Positions 10,955-23,800 of a DNA stretch of 64,000 bases are shown here, piece after piece (position 1 is the first letter of the stretch; each line of letters opens with the position of its first letter). The notes beneath the pieces are model-generated. The model was not told where the DNA came from. It did not search any database and saw only the letters and a program-made list of their open reading frames with translations. The stretch comes from Octopus vulgaris (Eukaryota), in the NCBI GenBank assembly GCA_951406725.2, contig OX597824.1:91698001-91762000 (forward strand). The letters are read 5' to 3'. The translations under genes were made by a program, and so were the position numbers.

Positions 10955-11752
10955 TCATGTGTGATAAGAAGTCTCAACCACAAGATAAGAAGTCTCCTCC
11001 CAACCACATGGGTCCGGGTTTCCTTCTCAACCACATGTGTGTGTGTTTTTCTGTCTGTGTTTGTCCTCCTACCCATCACCGCTTGACAACCGGCGCCGGT
11101 GCATCCGGGCACCGTCGTCGAGGCGCGCTCGGTGCCTCGAAGCAACGTTTCCGGGTGGGGTCCCCACGTTCGCGACCGCGTTTTCGCGCGTCGTCGCGTT
11201 CCTGCTCCGACTCCGTTGTAGCAGGCGGCCGGGGACCCGAAAGATGGTGATCCACGCCAGGTCATGACGAAGCCAGATGAAACTCTGGTGGAAGTCCGAA
11301 GCGCCTCTGACGTGCAAATTGGTCGTCGGAACCGAGTGTAGGGGCGAAAGACCAATTGAGCCGTCTCGTAGCTGGTTCCCTCCGACGTTTCCCTCAGGAT
11401 AGCTGGCGTCAGCGGGAGAACGACACGAAATTCTGTCCGGTAAAGCGAACGACTGGAGGCTCCGGCGAAGTTGACGGTCTCGATCTACTCTTGATCTCGG
11501 AACAGGCGAAACGTGGTGTGTTTACATTCTCATAACTTAGCGATTCTATAAAAGAAGTACCGGACTGTGGTTCCCATTTCTTTGATCGACAGCCGGTGTT
11601 AGTTTTATTTCTGTCCCCGTAACATAGCGGTACGACTAAAGAAATCGATAGAATAGTACTGGGCTCGATTTGTTAGACTAAACCCTTCATCACGGCGTCC
11701 TTGAGTGTCCGAAGTCCAGTGACTGAAACAAGTAAAAGGTAAAAGTTACAAG
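10955..11752 (+). mobile_element. Rearranged SINE family A sequence hosting a 28S rRNA fragment
   Basis: cccaaccacatgggtccgggtt...caccgcttgacaaccgg on the left; gtggtgtgtttac...aacttagcg and gactgaaacaagtaaaag on the right. Confidence 0.75.
11093..11512 (+). rRNA. 28S (LSU) rRNA fragment / pseudogene: GC-rich D3-type expansion segment plus downstream conserved core
   Basis: gacccgaaagatggtga, gaaactctggtgga, ctgacgtgcaaat, ggggcgaaagac, gtagctggttccctccga.gtttccctcaggatagctgg and ccggtaaagcgaa are collinear with the conserved eukaryotic 28S core. Confidence 0.92.
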
Positions 11753-12339
11753 ATAAAAATATGTAATCATGTATAGCACCATTTCGTTCTTATAAGAAAC
11801 TACCAGTATGACTCAACCTAAGGCAACTGGATCAAAGCAATCGTCGTATCTTATCTCAAGAAATTTAGAGACATGGCCGTTGGTGTTGAGAACTTTTCAG
11901 ATACACATAACCAAGAGAAGAATTAATTCAATATATTTTAGAAATCACACCATAATATCTCTCTTCTGCTTTTATTTCCAGTTCAATTTATACCATTTGC
12001 ATATCGATGCAGTCTGCTACGCTACGAGAAAATACATTCTAATTACTATTTCCATTTTAGTAATATGATTTTATCACGTAAACGCTAATATCCGTTTCAT
12101 ATCAATTTTATCATTCACCACCTTGAATAAAACTGAGTGCTTTCAGTGACTTTTGATATCTCAGTTCATCTTTCTGAAATATGTGTCGACGTGAGAAACT
12201 CTATGCGATTGCTCTTCATGCTAGACATAGCAATGAATGAAATCGCCGTCAAATTTTATATTTCTGCTTTAGAAAAGGTAAATCATATTAGGTAATGTAC
12301 CAGTGTCTGAATGGTAACGGAAAGCCATGGTTAAATTGT

Positions 12340-12806
12340 GGAGGCACCTGGCCTAGTGCTTAGAGGAGCGAGCTTGCAGTCGAGGGATCACGGATTCATA
12401 TCTCAGACCGGGCGAGTAGAGGCATATGGCCTAGTGGTTAAAGCAACGGACTCGCGGTCGAGGGATCGCGGATTCGAATCTCAGACCGGGTGAGTAGAGG
12501 CACATGGCCTAGTGGTTAAAGCAGCGGATTCGCATTCGAGGGATCGCTGGTTCGAATATCAGACCGGGCGATGTGTTTGTTTATGAATGAAATACCTAAG
12601 CTCCACACGGCTCCGGCAAAAGGTAATGGTGAACTTCTGCTGACTCTTTCGCCACAACTTTCTCTCACTCTTTCCTCCTGTATCTTGCAGCTCACCTGTG
12701 ATGGGCCGGCGTCCCGTTCAGGAGGGGAACCTATATGCCAATGAAACCGGGAAACCGGCCCTTATCATCCAGGTATGGCTCGAGAAGGCACAAACAACAA
12801 CAACAC
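12340..12806 (+). mobile_element. tRNA-derived SINE with triplicated tRNA-like head and (CAA)n tail
   Basis: Three 78-bp heads starting at 12340, 12418 and 12496 (tggcctagtggttaa A-box, g[ag]ttcgaat B-box), a unique body, and a caaacaacaacaac tail. Confidence 0.85.
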
Positions 12807-13083
12807 GTTTAAACTAAATTCGATCATGAATCTATCAAATCAGTGTTGATCTGGGACTGAAACCCAGCAACAAACAATTAGCAACAGAATCAGGATCGGC
12901 AGCAGATAAATTCATTCATTCGAAAAGTCCGAACAAACAAATAAAACAAACACGTGCAAATAAATAAAACAAACATGTGCAAGAATGAAGATTATTTTCT
13001 AATTTCGGTACAAGGCTAGCAGTTTTAAGGGGAAGATTGGCCCCTCTCCTCAAAATTGCGGGCCTTGTGCCTAGAGTACAAAA

Positions 13084-13084
<1 letters not shown>

Positions 13085-13158
<74 letters not shown>

Positions 13159-13162
13159 TATT

Positions 13163-13195
<33 letters not shown>

Positions 13196-13207
13196 GTCAT
13201 CATTGTT

Positions 13208-13275
<68 letters not shown>

Positions 13276-13276
13276 T

Positions 13277-13311
<35 letters not shown>

Positions 13312-13358
13312 TATTATCATCATCATCATCATCATCATCATCATCGTCGTCATTATTG
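13085..13358. repeat. (ATT)n-(ATC)n microsatellite
   Basis: Direct read. Confidence 0.95.
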
Positions 13359-15327
13359 TTAGCCCGTTTGAGTCCAAACACTGCTATATGTACTCTTTCT
13401 AACCAAAAGCATTCTATCTACTTCAAGAAATCGGATACGGAATGAATGAACGAATTCCTAAGTGACGACAGACTCTTTATCATATCATTCGTCAAACGAT
13501 TCCATTTGTAAAACATGAATACATGTTCGCATTAGTTTTCGACGACTGGAATTACCCAACGTTCTGTTACATTACACGAGGTCGCATTTTAGTGGCTTTC
13601 ATCTTGGTTTACACTCAGCATTTAATTCCATAAGCATGCTAGGTAAGTCATTGATTCCTACCGTTTCTCTTTTGTTCTGCTTCAGACTTTTGAAATGCAG
13701 CCAATGATCGCAAAGGCGAAACACTGTGTCGTACACAGCGAGGTTATTCAGTTTTGTTTTGTACATTCTAAAATTGCATTCAAAGTCAAAACAAAAGTGT
13801 TATAGAATCCATTTTTTTGTTCACAGTTGTATCAACAATACAGGTAGGAAAAGTATTAATCTACTTGGCAAAAGTTTCACTCTCAATGTTGTTTTCAATT
13901 ATTCTTTTATGGGAAGTGTTGATAAAGTCAGAATAAATAGAACTATTCGTTCGCAAAACACTTATTTTCAATTGCTTACAAATCACTTATTTTTTAAATA
14001 TATTTTTTTATATAATTTTATTTCCTATATTTTGTATGTTTTGTTTTCTCTTCTTGTAAAAATTCCCCATTTTGAAAAGTTTCTATAGCTATTATTAATC
14101 CCGATAATATGATATATCAATGTGGATATATGTTAAAAACTGTTCTATGAAAATATATGACAAACAACGAGGGACCACGACAGACACATTACTCATAATA
14201 TAACATGAACCAATATTTTACAAACAAATATCAACCAGGAAAAAGATTTGCACAAATATCCATAAATGAACACACGCAAAACAAAGCACTATATAATATA
14301 TATAAATATTATATACTATAATATAACATCATATAAATATATATAATACAACACAATATAATATGATATAATATATAATATAATATAATATAATATATAT
14401 ATATGAGTGTATGTGCGTATGTATGTGTTTATATATATATTTGTATATATATGGGTTTGTGTGTGTGTGTGTAAGTGTGGATTTATGTTTGAGCTTATTC
14501 GGAATGTGCTAACATAAATATGGACGTTTATACTTTTCTATCATCTAATTCACTGCTTTCTCACTAACTCCAGCAATATCGGACGCTTTTATAAGATGTT
14601 GGTAATAAATCATTTCTATCGTATTCTCACTAAATAATTTTCAGTTAACCCACACTAATACACTAACGGTACAATGTCATCCACCATTATTCCGAATAAG
14701 AGCTACAGGTGTATCTGAAAGCTCAGACCAGATATTGATTTCCTTTAGCATAAGTGAATAAATACATGTATTCAATACACATTTGAATCTATTGGTTAGA
14801 TTTTATACGATTTGTTTTGTATAGACAAAAAAAAAAATGAATCGAATGGAGGTTTTGATTTTTAGTTACATAACTAGCGTAGCTAGCATGAAGTTACATC
14901 TGCTATGTTAAGAGCTTAATTTTTATAGTTGTTTAATATGAAATTTGAACCATGCCGACATGTTAAAACGAAGTACGATTTCTGACTTGAAAATTGATGA
15001 AGGACAGTGGATTACCTGATATGTTTTCCGATGCTGAAATCAAAAATTTCTAGCCAACTTATTTATGAACGAGTTGGCTCACTCTTATTCTTAAGCTCAT
15101 TTCATTCTATGGCTTATAGCGTATTCCAAAGAATTTTTGAGAATATAGTTCTCTGCTCCCTGGAGCGTATTACAGAGTAACTTGCGCTAATATGCAATGA
15201 CCAGAACAGCTGGTCTGAGGGACATCGAATATATTAATCTACTGGATACCGATAAGAAATATAGATGCAGGTTTGTTTAACATAATAACATGTTGTATGC
15301 ATACACATATGTGTGGATGTAAAAACA

Positions 15328-15365
<38 letters not shown>

Positions 15366-15592
15366 CAGGTTTGGCCAAAAGTCAGTAAATCAAAATTCCA
15401 TAAATACTACCTGTAATTCTGTATTGAGTCGAATGGAAAAATGTGACGTTCAACAAAGACTTCGGATTGAACAATTTTCATGACGTTTCATGTTTAGATG
15501 CTTTTCATCAGATTCATTCATTTGTTAAACATATATAAATCTTGGAATTAAATGGTTTTGATTTACTGCCAGGTGACTCTTGGTCAACCATG
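15366..15592. mobile_element. Short degraded Tc1/mariner-like MITE
   Basis: ta|caggtttggccaaaagtca ... tgactcttggtcaaccatg: imperfect ~19-bp inverted termini, TA on the left. Confidence 0.5.
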
Positions 15593-15627
15593 TGTAAATA
15601 AATAAATAAATAAATAAATAAATGAAT

Positions 15628-15661
<34 letters not shown>

Positions 15662-15694
15662 ATATTAGGGAGTAGTGGTTTTATCTCTAATTTA

Positions 15695-15734
<40 letters not shown>

Positions 15735-15869
15735 AAAATATATGTAGAAGGTTGGAAAGGAACATATATATATGGAAAAAGTCAAGGTAGAAAATGCTAA
15801 AATAATTTTATAAAAAAAACATTTCAGTACCAGTTTCAGTCATTGAGACTCTCCTTCTTCTTCTTCTGG

Positions 15870-16845
15870 TTCCATCCAGGTGGCAACCCACAGACCCAAG
15901 CTCTTGTCAACTTCTTCCCACAATATGTGGGAGGAAACAGGATCTCCTGGCCCCACAAGAGCTGGCTCGCAAATTTGCGAGTCACCTCAGAGTTGCCAAA
16001 TAGCAGACATACCGTTGCATACTTGACACTCCTAGAAATAAACTTTATAGTTGACAGATACTCTGCCAACTCCTTCTCTATTTCGACTTTGGGAAAGACG
16101 GTGATGGTGCCAAGTGACTTTGAATATGTCCTCAACACAACCGTCCTTTCCTCTCAGTCTTTTAACCACTGTTTTGGTGGGACAATCTACCACTCCAACA
16201 CAGTGTTTGTTTTTTTCTGCCATGTTTTGGAAGAAGAAAAGGTCATACAAAAATGTCAAAAAATTAAAACACAAAAAAGGAAAGAAGGAAGAAAGAAAGA
16301 AAACAGTTCAAAACATAGCGACTTCAATCTTCCGGCCAAATGGTACTCTCGGCCAACTGGTACTTCCGGCCAACTGGTATAGCAACAGGAACACAACTGG
16401 AACAAAGCTTCACAAATATCTCTCATAAATTGATAAAATATTGTTAAAAATTTCACAATATTTGGAAGTGGAATGCGCCCCCAAGTCTTCCGGCCACTGG
16501 TACAGCAAGCCGACCAAATAGTAGCAGGAACACAGCAACAGGAACACAAAAACAACATTCACAATTTTTGGAGGCGAGATACGCCCCGAAAACAATTTAC
16601 TTCTCACCGCTAAGTGAGATACTTATGTCCAACTGCAGGCAGACAAATGCCCGGAATCCAGTGAGAATTTCTTGCTTGAAAATAAAAAAATAAACAACAA
16701 ACAACAAACCCCCACTGAATCCAAAAAACAAAAGTCTTACCTTGCAGTTGAGCTTCACTAGTTCAATCATTCACGACGCTGCACACCAGCGTCGTGACTC
16801 CTCTCAGTGTAAAGAAAACACTGACACACGCATGCGCGGAAGCAA
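15870..16845 (-). mobile_element. 5' portion of a LINE-like element (ORF1-like fragment plus 5' UTR), possibly Tx1/L1 group
   Basis: ATG at 16223; frameshifted reading ERTVVLRTYSKSLGTITVFPKVEIEKEL...FPPTYCGKKLTRAWVCGLPP resembles an RRM-type LINE ORF1 N-terminus; upstream cttccggccaa repeats. Family assignment is tentative. Confidence 0.45.
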
Positions 16846-16999
16846 GCTTCTTACCACACAGCCACCCCTATGCCATATATGTTAGATTAAATTTTAAATT
16901 AAATTTAAGACATGGTTTCAGTTTGTTGAAAACATATAATGGAGTTTGTTGAACCTGTTGCGTGTTTCACGATCCCATATATATATATGAAGATGTAGA

Positions 17000-17500
17000 A
17001 ATATTAAGGTGTACATTAATATTACACAATAGACATCCATATGTGGATAACAGCGCAACTTAAATGGGTTTGGCGAGGGTCCTATATATTTTCTGCATCA
17101 CCTGTTTTTACTATTACTTTACAAACAATATATTTGGGTAGAGAAATAGGTTCCATGAGGCATATATTGGTGTTTCTATGGTTAAAATTAATATCGACCG
17201 TATTATTTGGTGCTATATTGGTTTTGTTTGTGTTTGAAGATACAAGTATATTGCCAAACTTTAGTATAGTTGAATACAAGAATTTTATGCTGCTTCTACT
17301 AAAATCTAGTTCAGCTAGCCTGCTTGCCCGGATGAGGGGGTATGTAAGATAATTTTCCTGCAGCTAAGCGATCTGAAGCAAATTTCTATAGAGTGGTTTT
17401 TTCATGAAATAATTGTTCGAATATATTTTGATTGTGATGCAGATACATCTGTTAACTTGGATTTCTTCTAGGATTCTGTGATGTGTGAAAACTTCGAGAG
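17000..17500 (-). pseudogene. Highly degenerate Penelope-like element (RT thumb to GIY-YIG start)
   Basis: Minus-strand pieces LFHEKTTL*KFASDR..GKLSYI, LYSTILKFGNIL and CLMEPISLPKYIVCKVIVKTGDAE/YIGPSPNPFKLRCYPH parallel the Penelope IVY..YIG....FK.RY..H motif. Confidence 0.6.
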
Positions 17501-17559
17501 TGTGTTTCAATACTATCTTATTATTTCTATGCCATATTTTACATGTTTCCTAGCATTGA

Positions 17560-18250
17560 TAAATTGATATGCAACATATAAAACAGAACCAATACCGAAA
17601 GAAAGAAATTTTTATTCAGCAAGAGTCTGGTATTGACAACAATTCTTGTTCTGCTGTTTTGATGCTCTGATGAAAATAAATCAGGTTGGTTCAAGACACG
17701 TGAGTATACTACACAGAGCTGACCATTAAAGAAACACGGTCTTCTTAGTTTATCGCCATTTACCGTGACAGACTGTTCCTCTGGCTTCTTGATTGGCACA
17801 GAAAAACAGTGGCTCTAGAAACTGTGAGCGTTTGCATTGAAATAATATATGTGATGGGCGAAGGGAAATGTAGAATGAAAGCATCTCACTTGATGCAATG
17901 AATCATCTTGGGTAGCTTCAATGATATGTAGTATAAGAATTTTGACTGTTACTCTTGCATCGTTACAGAGTTTTGTGTCGTTCAAATTTCGTAGCAACGT
18001 AACGGGAACACACCGACTTGCACTTTCAGATTGCGTGGAAGAACGGTTGAAGATAATCGAGAAATTTTGTTGGTTAGTTGACTCCAAGTCTACTAAAATG
18101 CTGACATTAATGTGTTTGGCATCTGAATTTAACATCTGAATTAGTGTATTACTTGATAAATACTGATCACATTAAAATTCTGTCTTTTTTCCAAGGTGTT
18201 GATGGCACATTCAGAATGCCATTTGTTGCTGCTATCATTCTGTGAGACCT
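17560..18250 (-). pseudogene. Helitron RepHel PIF1-like helicase C-terminal remnant
   Basis: WHSECAI (~WLSERAIL), VPVTLLRNLNDTKLCNDARVTVK..HIIEAT (~PVMLLRNLNPPKLCNGTRL), PIKKPEEQSV...LRRPCFFNGQLCVVYSRV (~TINKSQGQSL...PCFSHGQLYVACSRV). Confidence 0.85.
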
Positions 18251-18252
18251 TA

Positions 18253-18316
<64 letters not shown>

Positions 18317-18317
<1 letters not shown>

Positions 18318-18692
18318 TAGCAGTATCGCCCAGCGTTGCTTGGGTTTGTTCCCAGCCTTTAGAATTGGAATTTTTGAAAAGTAAAAATTTTGCATTATGT
18401 AGCTTGTTATTCTCTTTAAGTGAATATTTTTCTGGTTGAAATACACCGAAAAATGGCGACAACAGCAGTCAAAAAATCGTAAAAAATAGGGATTTTCATA
18501 GAAAAAAGGCACCTTTTTGATGTAAATAATTTTTGGTGTTAGCATGGTCCGATTAAAAGTTTTACTTCTACAGATGGAAGAGCAAGCCTTCTTCTATCAT
18601 ACTCTCAATGTTGGTCAACTTGCGTTGTAGGGTCTCGGAGGAGATAGTGTTAGTTGAAGGCTACCAAACCTGCCATACACAGACAACTTCAG

Positions 18693-18700
<8 letters not shown>
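18317..18700 (-). mobile_element. Non-autonomous Helitron-like element (Lep1-type architecture)
   Basis: Minus-strand 3' end has a GC hairpin (cccaagcaacgctggg) then CTAG|T; termini shared with 48233-48607. Confidence 0.75.
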
Positions 18701-18741
<41 letters not shown>

Positions 18742-18750
18742 AGTATATAT

Positions 18751-19595
18751 ATGCCAAATTCAATATTTTGATGGCAGACCTCGTCAGAATAATGAGAAAT
18801 GTGTCACGCATGTGCGAGCCAACAGAATTAAAGAGACACATACAGTATTTCATTCACCGCATGCAGTTCTCAGGTTACAGCCATAAAGAAAGGATCAGAG
18901 TATATATAGGAGCCATGAAGAAATTTGATAATATATTATGTAATGATAGGAATGGAATTTGCCCACTCTATAGGAACAAGTCATGGAACATTATAGAAAG
19001 GACAAAAAAGAAAATAGGGAAGGCCAACTCTTGGTATGATAGCCATAAATACCAGAGTGTCATGTTCGTTGACACCACCCCTGGAGGTGAACTGGCGTAC
19101 CGCTTTAGAAGGACTCTAGATAAACTTAAACTAAGAATTAAGGTTGTTGAAAAGCCAGGCAACCCTATCAAATCTATAATTGGTAGAACCTATCCTTTTA
19201 GTAGAACCCTCTGTACGGATAACTATTGCACTGTATGTAGATTTAGCCCACAAACAAACTGTAAAGCCAGAAATGTAGTCTATAGTATAAGATGTATAGA
19301 GGGACGATGCAGTAACAAGACAATAACATACGTAGGGGAAACGGTAAGAAGCATAGGAGAGCGGGTGAATGAATATTGGAGACAACTCAAGGAAGGTAAA
19401 AGCTCATCGATTCTGTACCAACACGCCGAACAGGAACACGGGGGATCAATCAATAACATAGAGATTAAGATATTGTCCACACATAGACCAGATGCAACAA
19501 TTAGACAAATTACAGAAGCTACACATATAATAGAAAATAAACCTAGCCTGAATAGAAAACTAGAATGGAGCAATAGCACACACCACAACATATGA
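18751..19595 (+). CDS. Penelope-like retroelement ORF C-terminus (RT thumb, Cys-rich linker, GIY-YIG endonuclease), 5'-truncated, no internal stops
   Basis: SGY, PLYR, SVMFVDTTPGGEL, IKVVEKPG, C-x4-C-x2-C-x7-C, NVVYSIRC...YVGETVRSIGERVNE...LYQHAEQEH...RQITEA...LN. The ORF track's N-terminus (18654-18750) is Helitron and (TA)n read-through. Confidence 0.9.
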
Positions 19596-20240
19596 CGATA
19601 GAGGATCCCGAAACCATAATAAATAAATACACAGATAAATAAACAAATAGAAATTAATAACTATATATATGCATATATATCTATGTATGTATATGTATGT
19701 GTATATATATATATATTTATGTATATATATATATATGTATATATGCGTTTATGTATATATATATATATTTTTTTTCGATTAGATTTATTATTATTATTAC
19801 TAATATTATTGTTATACATACATACAAGCATATGTAATGATAATAATGGGTGAATGTAAACACATGAACAAAATTAGAACAAAAGCAACAACAACAAAAA
19901 CAAAAAACAAATTACATGAATGTATATAAACAGAAGATACAAATATTACAGGCATCCCCCCCACACACACTAAATAAACATAGACGCACATAGAGATATA
20001 AGCATGCGCAAATGAAGACATACAATAGAAATACAAAATGGCTGACGGTTAGTAAGGAGAGACACAAATACGAAAGAAGAAAACAAAGGAACACTGATGC
20101 GGTCACAGGTATGTGACGAAAGAACTCTGGCCGAAATAAGATTAAGATTAATGTAAAAGATAAATATCACTGAAGCAAAATAACACCAAATATATAGTGC
20201 GTGTGTTTTTATTGGCTAAACTGGCAATATGACCATTCCG

Positions 20241-20334
<94 letters not shown>

Positions 20335-21423
20335 GTCATGAGAGATAAATGAGGAAGTGTGAGTGAGAAAGATATTAGTAAAAGATCAAAGGAGAAGCCG
20401 ACTTTGAACTCAGAAACGAACGCCCCGATTCAACTCCAAGGACATCGCCAATATCAGTGTCTCGCCATCTCTTTTCTTGATTCATCACCATTTTATCTCA
20501 CGGCGATCTTGGACTCAAGATTCTTTACTACTTCTGTAGAGACTAGAAATAATTATTTTATAATGTCGAAAATACCTCTTCTCTCGCTGTTTTAATTGTC
20601 ATATTGGAAACGCATTAATTTTCGAGTTCGTTTTTCCTCGTTATATTTCTATTTCGTTGTAGGTTTTGTATTTTGTTATAGAAATTTTATATTTTCCGTA
20701 AAACCAATATTAGGAAGAGCATCATTATAATAAATGGTAGTTTGATAAATATTTCTTTATTGGCCGGATTTAGATAAATTTATATAAGTGCTTCTTACTT
20801 TATTATCTATGATAACATTAAGATGATTAAATAGTTTGTTTATGTAGTTAATGGTTTCATTTTGTCTGTGATTAGAGCAAAATTACGAATTGTTCAAATT
20901 TATGTTGACGTCTAAGACGTTACCTACTATGATCCATGCTTGCGGCGGTGCCCTTCAACTCGACCAGGCATCGGACAGTTGCCTCGCCGGGTATTGTTCA
21001 ACCTAACATTTTAGGTTCAATAAGGCTTGTATAGCATCTCCGCCCTACTAATATTTTTCAAAGACAGGCCTGGACAAAATATTCAGTGCTAATATGAGTC
21101 ACATGCTCAAGAATGTGGGATCTCCATGATCTCGAGCACAAGCAAAAGATCCCCAAAATGTCCAGTGCTATTCCCTGCATATCTGCTTTTATATCCGAGT
21201 GACTTTCTCTTAGAGAAACGCTTTAACAAGAGCTAAGGGGTGCCGCTCTCTCGGTGGTCTTCCAGTAAGCCGGGACACGAACCCAGAATTTCTGAGGTCT
21301 CTCATGGGCGCTGCTGGTAATATGGAATCTAGTACAATCTGTTGCATCGTCAGGTCGTCGGCGTGTAAAACGGTACTCCGACTAGGATTTCTTGCTGAAG
21401 AGGGTTGCAAGAAACAAATCAGG

Positions 21424-21550
21424 ACTAAAGACAAGACCTGCCGAAAGGATACAAACATATACACGCGCACATACACACACATACACTAAAGACAAGACCT
21501 GCCGAAAGGATACAAACATATACACGCGCGTACGCACACATACACACATA
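21424..21550. repeat. ~62-bp tandem duplication
   Basis: actaaagacaagacctgccgaaaggatacaaacatatacacgcgc occurs twice. Confidence 0.9.
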
Positions 21551-22262
21551 AACCCCAAATGTCACAAATATCAGATGAAGCATGATGTTTCTACTAACAG
21601 AATTTAGGATTTGTAACAGACCATTAAAAATCTAAATCGAGTAATCGTAAAGTTATTTCTTTTGTGCAACGAGTATGAACAATAATATTTTTTTTGCTTA
21701 CATGATATAGTTTCAAACCTTCGCTTGTCTTGTGTTTCCCAGTGACATGCTGATCAATCAACATGTCACTGTTGACTTCTTTATCAGGTCGCCTGATGAG
21801 TTGGGATATGCGTAACCTGTTACGTAACCTTAGGACTGTGTGCATGTTGCATACCTCACTATACTTGTACAAGGATTACGTCACAATACAAAATCTCCAC
21901 GGAACAGCTGTAGAAATACCAGATAAATCTTTCTTTTATTTTTATCATATTTTTACGTCACGGTTAAGGTTCCATTCCTCTGTGGATACTTCAGGACATT
22001 TGTAAATGCAGATTACAAAACAACTGTGAACTTCTGTTCGTCAATGAATTCTGTGCTATGATAATGGATTAATTATCATAGCACTGTTTTGCGCCTTGTA
22101 GTCTGGCCAATTTGTGGCGTGCCTCACTTTGATGTACATCGATCACTCATTGATCCTCTGTAATCTAAAGCATAAGTAAATATATAATTATATATATTAT
22201 TTCTATAATCATATATTTACCGTTGTATATATGGAACGGAACATATATACAACGGTAGTTCC

Positions 22263-22316
<54 letters not shown>

Positions 22317-22474
22317 GCATATGATTATATATGCATGTATGTATACAGATTTACATATACATGTGTGTCTGTCTTTGTGTATGAATTTACATATATCAAG
22401 AAATGGATTGGTAATTATATATTCCAATGGAGATAAATGTACATGTACTTATACACTTATATACATACATATAT

Positions 22475-22557
<83 letters not shown>

Positions 22558-22969
22558 TGTATGTATATGTGTGTGTATATATATGTATGTGTGTGTAAGT
22601 ATATTCGTACGTACATATATTCATAAATGTATACTTATATGTATGTGATTGTATATGCCTGTGTCTATGTGTGTGTAAGTATAATTACAAGTTTGAAAAT
22701 ATACGAGCGTATTAACTTAGTTCCATGCGAGAATATATTACATCAGCCATTAGCGTATACGCTGCTGGTTGAATAATGGAAAGGTTACTAAACTATTCAT
22801 GTCCAGGAACCTAGATAAGTCTATATTATTCACTTTGTACACCAAGCACAATATTTCATAATGGAATGCCATAATAGTGCTTTTGTTTTATTTTGGTAAA
22901 AAAATATATGTTGTAAAATGAAAATTCATAACATAGTTTTATAGCTTGCTTTTGTTTCATATTTTGTAG

Positions 22970-22990
22970 GATATTGTTAGGGATATACGG

Positions 22991-23084
<94 letters not shown>

Positions 23085-23180
23085 GTCTATCTATCTATCT
23101 ACTGCAGATCCTCTTACAATGATTCCTTGCAAGTATTAGAATTTCTAAAAAAGTTAAAAGATATTGTTAGGGATATACGG

Positions 23181-23266
<86 letters not shown>

Positions 23267-23350
23267 GTCTATCTGTCTATCTATCTATCTACTGTAGATC
23301 CTCTTACAATGATTCCTTGCAAGTATTAGAATTTCTAAATAAGTTAAAAG
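22970..23350. repeat. 190-bp tandem duplication containing (TATC)n
   Basis: gatattgttagggatatacggt-(TATC)n-...gtattagaatttctaaa.aagttaaaag at 22970 and 23160. Confidence 0.95.
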
Positions 23351-23439
23351 AAGCGTAACATGTCCTGACCGTAAAAGGAAAAGCATCGTAGATGCTAAAA
23401 ATCAAAGGCGTTTCTCTCTAAACTCAGATGTTAACAGAA

Positions 23440-23800
23440 TCAAAAGCGAATTGTGAGGAAGAAGCAGATCACATTCCTAGAAGATAATGACTCGTTCCCT
23501 AACACCCAAAATGGCTTCCAGATACGAACAAGCTGCCTTTCACTGATCCTGCAGTATTATGTCTGGTTACTGAATCCACTTACGAATTTCTCAAACGTGG
23601 ATGTGGTACGTCTCGATTCGACAAAGGAATTTGATAAGTTTCATGTACACATCTCTAAGACAGCGGCAATGTGCAGGCAAATAACCAAAGGAGTTCTGAG
23701 AACTTTCAGAACTAGGGACCTGAACTCCAAGTTGGTCCGATGGAGGAAATTCGACGTCAGCCGTCTGGATTTCTGCTCTCATCTACGGTCACTCCACTGA
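23440..23800 (+). pseudogene. CR1-like LINE reverse transcriptase remnant with internal deletion
   Basis: FLEDN...QNGFQIRTSCL...NVDVVRLDSTKEFDK (~QHGFR.GRSC...DVIYLDFAKAFDKV) is joined directly to FHVHI...VLRTFRTRD...SRLDFCSHL (~RLDYCSQLWSP). Confidence 0.8.

Noticed and set aside
10879-11355. GC-rich ORFs suggesting a foreign gene
   Set aside because: Explained by the 28S rRNA fragment and SINE sequence.
12340-12575. Tandem tRNA gene cluster
   Set aside because: Cloverleaf pairing is poor and the units run into a SINE body and tail; they are SINE heads.
13560-13745. Donor (ag|gtaagt) and acceptor (ttctgcttcag) motifs suggesting exons
   Set aside because: The implied intron is only ~43 nt and no recognisable peptide results.
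15480-15515. Minus-strand CTGATGA...GAAACGTC hammerhead-like string
   Set aside because: Stems I and II barely pair and it lies inside a probable DNA-transposon MITE; may be chance.
15822-15852. Minus-strand agtc-tcaat-gact GAAA ctgg TA half-hammerhead
   Set aside because: The CUGANGA half is missing at the junction with the neighbouring element, so it cannot be called.
21020-21420. Moderately GC-rich stretch resembling decayed coding sequence (likewise 25100-25690 and 57400-57800)
   Set aside because: No motif I can assign with confidence; probably old retroelement debris.
22053-22084. 13-bp-arm hairpin gtgctatgataat/attatcatagcac
   Set aside because: Isolated short palindrome, too small for a pre-miRNA call and with no supporting context.
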